This document shows positions 59,560 to 64,000 of a stretch of 64,000 bases of DNA, piece by piece. Made by a program: the position numbers and the translations under genes. The stretch is from the NCBI GenBank assembly GCA_039810485.1, contig JBDHXA010000003.1, forward strand, positions 2,446 through 66,445, read 5' to 3'. The notes below the pieces were generated by a model, which worked only from the letters and a program-made list of their open reading frames with translations, was not told where the DNA came from and searched no databases. Source of the DNA: Chlorobiota bacterium (GTDB lineage: Bacteria > Bacteroidota > Ignavibacteria > Kapaibacteriales > UBA961). Every line of letters starts with the position of its first letter. Positions within the stretch are counted from its first letter, which is position 1.

Positions 59560-61488
59560 TTAGCGAATGCGTACTACAACCGAGCGGTTACGCGTTCTGC
59601 TGTAAGGCGAACTATCTTTTGCAAAAACTTGATCTTGAATATTTATTCTCACTTGATTACCATGCAATCCAAGAAGCGTTAATGCAGCTTCAATTCGTTT
59701 ATAAGCGAGCTTTTTATTATATTCCTCAGTGCCGAGATCGTCAGTAAGTCCAATCAATTCAATCGTTTTATTTTGTTGAACCGAGGTTTTGACGCGATCA
59801 ACGACAAAAGTATCGGCAGAAGAAAAATCGCTTGAGTCAAAACTAAAATAGCCCAAAATATATTCTTCATATTCCTTTGCCTCGTTGAAATTTATTTTTT
59901 CTTTAACGGCATTTGGAATATACTGTATCATAACGCTTACAGCGTCACTTATTGATTTGCCATTTGCGTCAGTCAAAGTATATTCAGATTGTAATTTAAC
60001 TGCATTTTGCAAAGGTTGAAATTCTAAGGGATCAAGTCGAATATCTTTATCTGAATCTTCGAGGTTTGCAAGTAATTTATCGCCATATCTCAATGTGCCA
60101 TGAATATTAGCCGGCCTATCATCACAAACGTAACGCGAAGTTGATTTTATGACAATTGGATTTACATGCTGTATCGTCTTCTCGGTTATAAAGTTGAGCG
60201 GCTCTTGTTTTCCATTAATTGCAAACGTAGCTTTTCTCATTTCGTCTCGCAAATCGGAGCGTTGAATTTTCTTTGGAATTTCACCTTGAATAAATGAAAT
60301 ATTTCCAAAATCTGCATTTTTTCTGCGAAGCATCAGTTCTACTGCCTCGCCTCGTTTTTGAGCAGTTTCGGCTGTTTCGTCATCGGCATAATATGTGGTA
60401 ACAGTCAATTTGTCTGACGGATGCGATTTTAAATACACAGCAATTGCGTCAATGACATCGCTATTTTCTGCATCAGCCGAAGCACTGCTTTTAAGCAGGT
60501 TTTCTGAATTGCGTTCGAAAAACACTGTCGGAGCAAAAGCACTTCGCTCGATAATTTTAGTTTCGTCTATTGGAACAGCTATCAATTGTCCATTTTCGCA
60601 AATCAACCCATTTACAAACATTCTCGTTGATAATGTTAGAGTTGCATCCTTTACTATATGTTGAGGCGGCGGAGGCAAACTCGGTTTTTCTTCAATTCTT
60701 GGCTTGGGCAATCGGTAAGAAAACGAAGATCCAATTCTAAGCACATTTACTTTCCAAGCAAGCGAAGATGAAATATCGGCAAGCGCTAACGAATAGCTTA
60801 TTTCCGGTTTCAAAGTTGAAAGTGGTCCCAACGAAATTTCATATTGAAATGCAACAATGCCAGCCGAAAATAATGTAAAATTCCCTGGTATTTCGCCGTA
60901 TTTTTCATTTCGGATGCGGCTGCCAGTTTCAAAAGTAACTCCTTCGGGCGCAACTAATTCCTCGCGGCGCACCATTTGAGCGGAAATAGGAATACCCGTT
61001 TGAATACCTATTTTTACAGAGAGTGGCATTTCATTCCAAGGATATAATGCTAAATACGGTTCTAACAGCATTGCAGAAATTGACGAGTTCAGCGAGGTTT
61101 TTACCAACGCTTCCGATGCTTTATTGCCTTGTATAACATTACCAATAAAATCTTGTTTTTCAATTGCGGCAGAAAAATTTGAATAATGAAGCAAGCCGCC
61201 CACTCTATAGCTAATGCCAAAAATTCGAGCAGATGGGAAATACTCTGCTCCGACGCCTAATGCCAAACCTAAACCGGAACCTTTGGAAAAGTTATCGCCG
61301 TAACCACCAAATCCCGGAACGACAGAAAAATCGGCATTATGCAAATTAATATTTGCTCCGGAAAACCCTAAAATTGCACCCGGCTGCAGAGGACGCTCAA
61401 ATGTTTGCGCCGCAATATTTTGCATAAAGTTCGAATCTGCAAGAAAAAGGAGTAACAGTATGAAAAGCTTATTGCAAATGTGATTCAT
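59560..61488 (-). CDS. OmpA family outer-membrane protein. It has an N-terminal beta-rich region and a clear C-terminal OmpA-like domain, with a second degenerate OmpA-like domain.
   Basis: The C-terminus LIGLTDDLGTEEYNKKLAYKRIEA...NRSVVVRI is OmpA_C-like. There is a signal peptide. Confidence 0.65.
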   Translation of the reverse strand: MNHICNKLFILLLLFLADSNFMQNIAAQTFERPLQPGAILGFSGANINLHNADFSVVPGFGGYGDNFSKGSGLGLALGVGAEYFPSARIFGISYRVGGLLHYSNFSAAIEKQDFIGNVIQGNKASEALVKTSLNSSISAMLLEPYLALYPWNEMPLSVKIGIQTGIPISAQMVRREELVAPEGVTFETGSRIRNEKYGEIPGNFTLFSAGIVAFQYEISLGPLSTLKPEISYSLALADISSSLAWKVNVLRIGSSFSYRLPKPRIEEKPSLPPPPQHIVKDATLTLSTRMFVNGLICENGQLIAVPIDETKIIERSAFAPTVFFERNSENLLKSSASADAENSDVIDAIAVYLKSHPSDKLTVTTYYADDETAETAQKRGEAVELMLRRKNADFGNISFIQGEIPKKIQRSDLRDEMRKATFAINGKQEPLNFITEKTIQHVNPIVIKSTSRYVCDDRPANIHGTLRYGDKLLANLEDSDKDIRLDPLEFQPLQNAVKLQSEYTLTDANGKSISDAVSVMIQYIPNAVKEKINFNEAKEYEEYILGYFSFDSSDFSSADTFVVDRVKTSVQQNKTIELIGLTDDLGTEEYNKKLAYKRIEAALTLLGLHGNQVRINIQDQVFAKDSSPYSRTRNRSVVVRIR

Positions 61489-61570
61489 AAATTAAGGAAA
61501 ATAATCTCGCTTGTCTGTACAAAATGGAAGTACTGAATTGTTTTATGAAAAGAAGTAATTTGCTGACGCA

Positions 61571-63931
61571 TCATTGAACGATCAAAAGCGAGGAAGTAAT
61601 ATCGCCGGAAATCCCACGCGCTACCACGCGATACGCACCTATTTGCAGTGACGCTAAGGATATGAGGGCTGAATTTAAACCTGTGGCAGCTGACATTGAA
61701 ATAGGAGAAACAACCGATCTTCCAACTTCATTTAACACTTCAATGCTAAAATTGCCTGACGTTGGCGCATAAAAATTAACAACGACTTCATCACGCGCCG
61801 GATTCGGAGAAATATTAACAATTGTCAATGAAGTATTTTGAAGAATTGAACAGCCGCCGCAAGTATTGAGTATGTGAAGTTCGCTCGATGAAACAACAGT
61901 TTTCACAGCCGTTCCCCAATATTTTGCGGTTGTACTAAACTCAATTTTAGTGCGATCTGTTTCTGCCAATCCAGTTAGCCCTATAATTTTAACCGCAGTT
62001 CCTGCAAGCGGGAAATCACCTTCTGTGCGAAAACTAATAATGCGTTTATCACCTACAATTTCATTCTTTGTAATTTCAGCAGTTCCATACTCGCTTTCTG
62101 CTTTTACCGGAAGAAATAATCGCGGATTTAACGAAATTTCTCCCTCAAAGAACCGAATGCCGTTATAGGGTTTGTTCTCAGTATTTCTATATTGTATAGG
62201 TATTTCTACATTCTTGCGTGGGTCTGCTTCTACAGTAGGCGCAGACACTGTACTCGTGCCAGAATAAGCACCGGCAATAATGATTTTTTGGACAATACAA
62301 GGATTTAATTCAGCATCAAGAGCTTCACCTAATTCAGTTAATGGTTCTGTTGACGTGATATTCAATACAATTTCACCTTGAACAGGAATTGTCAAAGGCA
62401 AATCAGGAAAGAAAGTAAATGACGATGCTTTTGGAGGCGTTATACTGCGCAATACAACTTCATTAGGCGATGAATTTTTTATTTTTATGGCTCTTGTCGG
62501 TATTTCAGGAATAAATCGAATATCGGACAACATTTCCAGAGTTGCGCCAATTCCAGTTCCGTTCATAATAAAAGTTGGAACGTAAGTCCATTGTCCGCTG
62601 TGCATAACAAATATTTTTGTTATATCATTTCCCACTGTTTTAGGGTAAAATCTTACAGTTGCTCGCAATATTTCGCCGGGCTGTAGAATAGTTTTTGTAA
62701 TCGGCGGAACAAATGAAAAACCAGAAGTAAAGCCATTTTCCACTGAAAGCTGATCAATTTCTAAAGGAACCGGATCATTGTTTCGTAAAATTTCAATTTC
62801 TCGAACTATTGAATCTCCCACGCACCATTTACCAAAATCTAAATTATTTGCCAGAAAGTTCATAGAGCGATCATATGAATATCCTTGTATCGCAATGGGA
62901 AACTCGCGAGAGCATGAAGCGAGCATCAGTGTATCGTGCAAGAGTCCGGTGTCTTTTGGCTGAAATCTAACAGCTATATCCATACATTTTCCTGGATAAA
63001 GCGTATCGGAAAGAGTAATCGGTTTAAGCAATGCAAAGTGTTTGTTGGAAATCAGCTTAGCTGATTCAAAAAGTATAATCGAGGCCCCATTGTTGCAAAT
63101 TGTAGCCCGCAGCGTTGTATCGCGCACATTCATCAGATAATTTGGCTTTAAGAGCGGTGAGCCAACGGTAATATCTGCCGGCACAATTCGCATAAGCTCG
63201 TCGGACACATCAGCCTCGGGATAGCTGAAATTTCGCAATGCAACATTGTCGGGCGAAAGCGCGGTTGTTGCGATAGATCTTCCATTAGGACTGTAAGTAA
63301 TCGAAGTCATTTTTCCTGCATGACCAGATAAGCCGCGATTAAAAGAATCGTCAATTATTTGCCAAAGAGCAACCTGCGGCTGATATTGAAATCCAAGTCC
63401 AAGATAGCGAGACGTGCCGTTAAAAACCAAATTGAGCGCATCACTGGAAGTTTTATGGAGAGATCGAATAATTGTTTTTGATGTAATATCAACAATATAG
63501 ACCGCCGATTCGCTGCTGCTTGAAATTGTTGGCAAAGAAGTTTTTATGGCAATCCCTAATAATTGATTATTAGGAGAGAGAGTAATTCTGTTGATTATCG
63601 GAAGCTCCGGGAATTTAATCGGATCTGTCGTCGAGTAATTGGGCGCTGATATTCGCGCAATTGTGCCATCGAGCATTGCTACTGCGCCATTTCCGTCGGG
63701 ATTCAGAGTAAATGCCGTAATTGGCGCCAGAAACGATATTGTTCGAAGCAACGAACCGTCTAAAGTAGAATACGCATACAGCAAATTACCGAATTCCGGT
63801 ATGCAAATTATTTCTTTTCCCGAAGGATCAATGATAAACTTGTTAAATTTGACAGGAGCAGAAATGACGGTTGAAGATTGAGGCGAAGACGTGCCAGGAA
63901 CGAAAAATACGAGTTTCTGAGTTCCGTTCAT
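61571..63931 (-). CDS. Secreted beta-propeller repeat protein with a C-terminal T9SS (Por) sorting domain. The 5' end may extend beyond the annotated Met.
   Basis: The C-terminal ~80 aa, ISPNPARDEVVVNFYAPTSGNFSIEVLNEVGRSVVS...LASLQIGAYRVVARG, matches the T9SS type A CTD pattern. The N-terminal half has PD40/TolB-like propeller repeats. Confidence 0.6.
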   Translation of the reverse strand: MNGTQKLVFFVPGTSSPQSSTVISAPVKFNKFIIDPSGKEIICIPEFGNLLYAYSTLDGSLLRTISFLAPITAFTLNPDGNGAVAMLDGTIARISAPNYSTTDPIKFPELPIINRITLSPNNQLLGIAIKTSLPTISSSSESAVYIVDITSKTIIRSLHKTSSDALNLVFNGTSRYLGLGFQYQPQVALWQIIDDSFNRGLSGHAGKMTSITYSPNGRSIATTALSPDNVALRNFSYPEADVSDELMRIVPADITVGSPLLKPNYLMNVRDTTLRATICNNGASIILFESAKLISNKHFALLKPITLSDTLYPGKCMDIAVRFQPKDTGLLHDTLMLASCSREFPIAIQGYSYDRSMNFLANNLDFGKWCVGDSIVREIEILRNNDPVPLEIDQLSVENGFTSGFSFVPPITKTILQPGEILRATVRFYPKTVGNDITKIFVMHSGQWTYVPTFIMNGTGIGATLEMLSDIRFIPEIPTRAIKIKNSSPNEVVLRSITPPKASSFTFFPDLPLTIPVQGEIVLNITSTEPLTELGEALDAELNPCIVQKIIIAGAYSGTSTVSAPTVEADPRKNVEIPIQYRNTENKPYNGIRFFEGEISLNPRLFLPVKAESEYGTAEITKNEIVGDKRIISFRTEGDFPLAGTAVKIIGLTGLAETDRTKIEFSTTAKYWGTAVKTVVSSSELHILNTCGGCSILQNTSLTIVNISPNPARDEVVVNFYAPTSGNFSIEVLNEVGRSVVSPISMSAATGLNSALISLASLQIGAYRVVARGISGDITSSLLIVQ

Positions 63932-64000
63932 AAGTCGGAGTCCCGCCGCTAGACGATGAGAGCCAATATATGAAAGTCCAAAAAACTCTGCCTTTTGATC

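Noticed and set aside
1-64000. Search for tRNA/rRNA/tmRNA/RNase P signatures (e.g. GGTTCGAATCC T-arm, the GGAAAGTCCGGGC RNase P motif) in the intergenic gaps
   Set aside because: No convincing matches were seen by eye in any gap larger than 100 bp. A proper tRNAscan/Infernal run is needed to be certain.

Overview
This window reads as an ordinary chromosomal segment from an AT-rich Gram-negative bacterium. The base composition is judged by eye only. The gene content suggests the FCB superphylum (Ignavibacteria / Chlorobi / Bacteroidetes-like): a protein with a T9SS-type C-terminal sorting domain, a very clear BshA, LPS genes (LptD-like, LptF/G, GT9 heptosyltransferase, KdsC), an orphan dnaN with no dnaA next to it, and a sigma-28-like sigma factor. 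Most of the window is densely packed housekeeping and cell-envelope genes: a PpiD/SurA-type PPIase, LdcA, LepB, MreB, Mpl, PrmA, FolD, MutL, MiaB, HtrA, fumarase and others. I found no tRNA or rRNA genes, no CRISPR array, and no recognisable defence or toxin system. The items I consider worth a second look are listed below.
- A strand-asymmetric, G-poor repeat region lies between the convergent 3' ends of dnaN and an NlpC/P60 gene. It has about five copies of a degenerate ~45-bp unit and about 9.5 copies of the octamer CCTACAAT, and it is flanked by two intrinsic terminators.
- A (TTTTAAC)n heptamer array of about 14 copies sits in the promoter region between a MarR gene and a YceI gene.
- An IS30-family transposase remnant has lost its central region and is frameshifted.
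- A translationally coupled membrane-protein cluster (RDD / SpoIIM-like DUF95 / polytopic protein / DUF4129 / DUF4350) appears to lack its usual DUF58 and MoxR partners. It is followed directly by a FliA-type sigma factor overlapped by an HDOD gene.
- A palindrome carrying a TTGCAT direct repeat lies upstream of the ytfE/RIC gene and may be an operator.
- An ECF sigma, an anti-sigma factor and a periplasmic protein form an overlapping three-gene module.
- A T9SS-CTD beta-propeller protein and an OmpA-family protein lie head-to-tail on the minus strand.
- A perfect 14-bp inverted repeat with a 45-nt spacer lies between two converging genes.
All product calls rest on motif-level recognition from the translated ORFs. 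No database search was possible.
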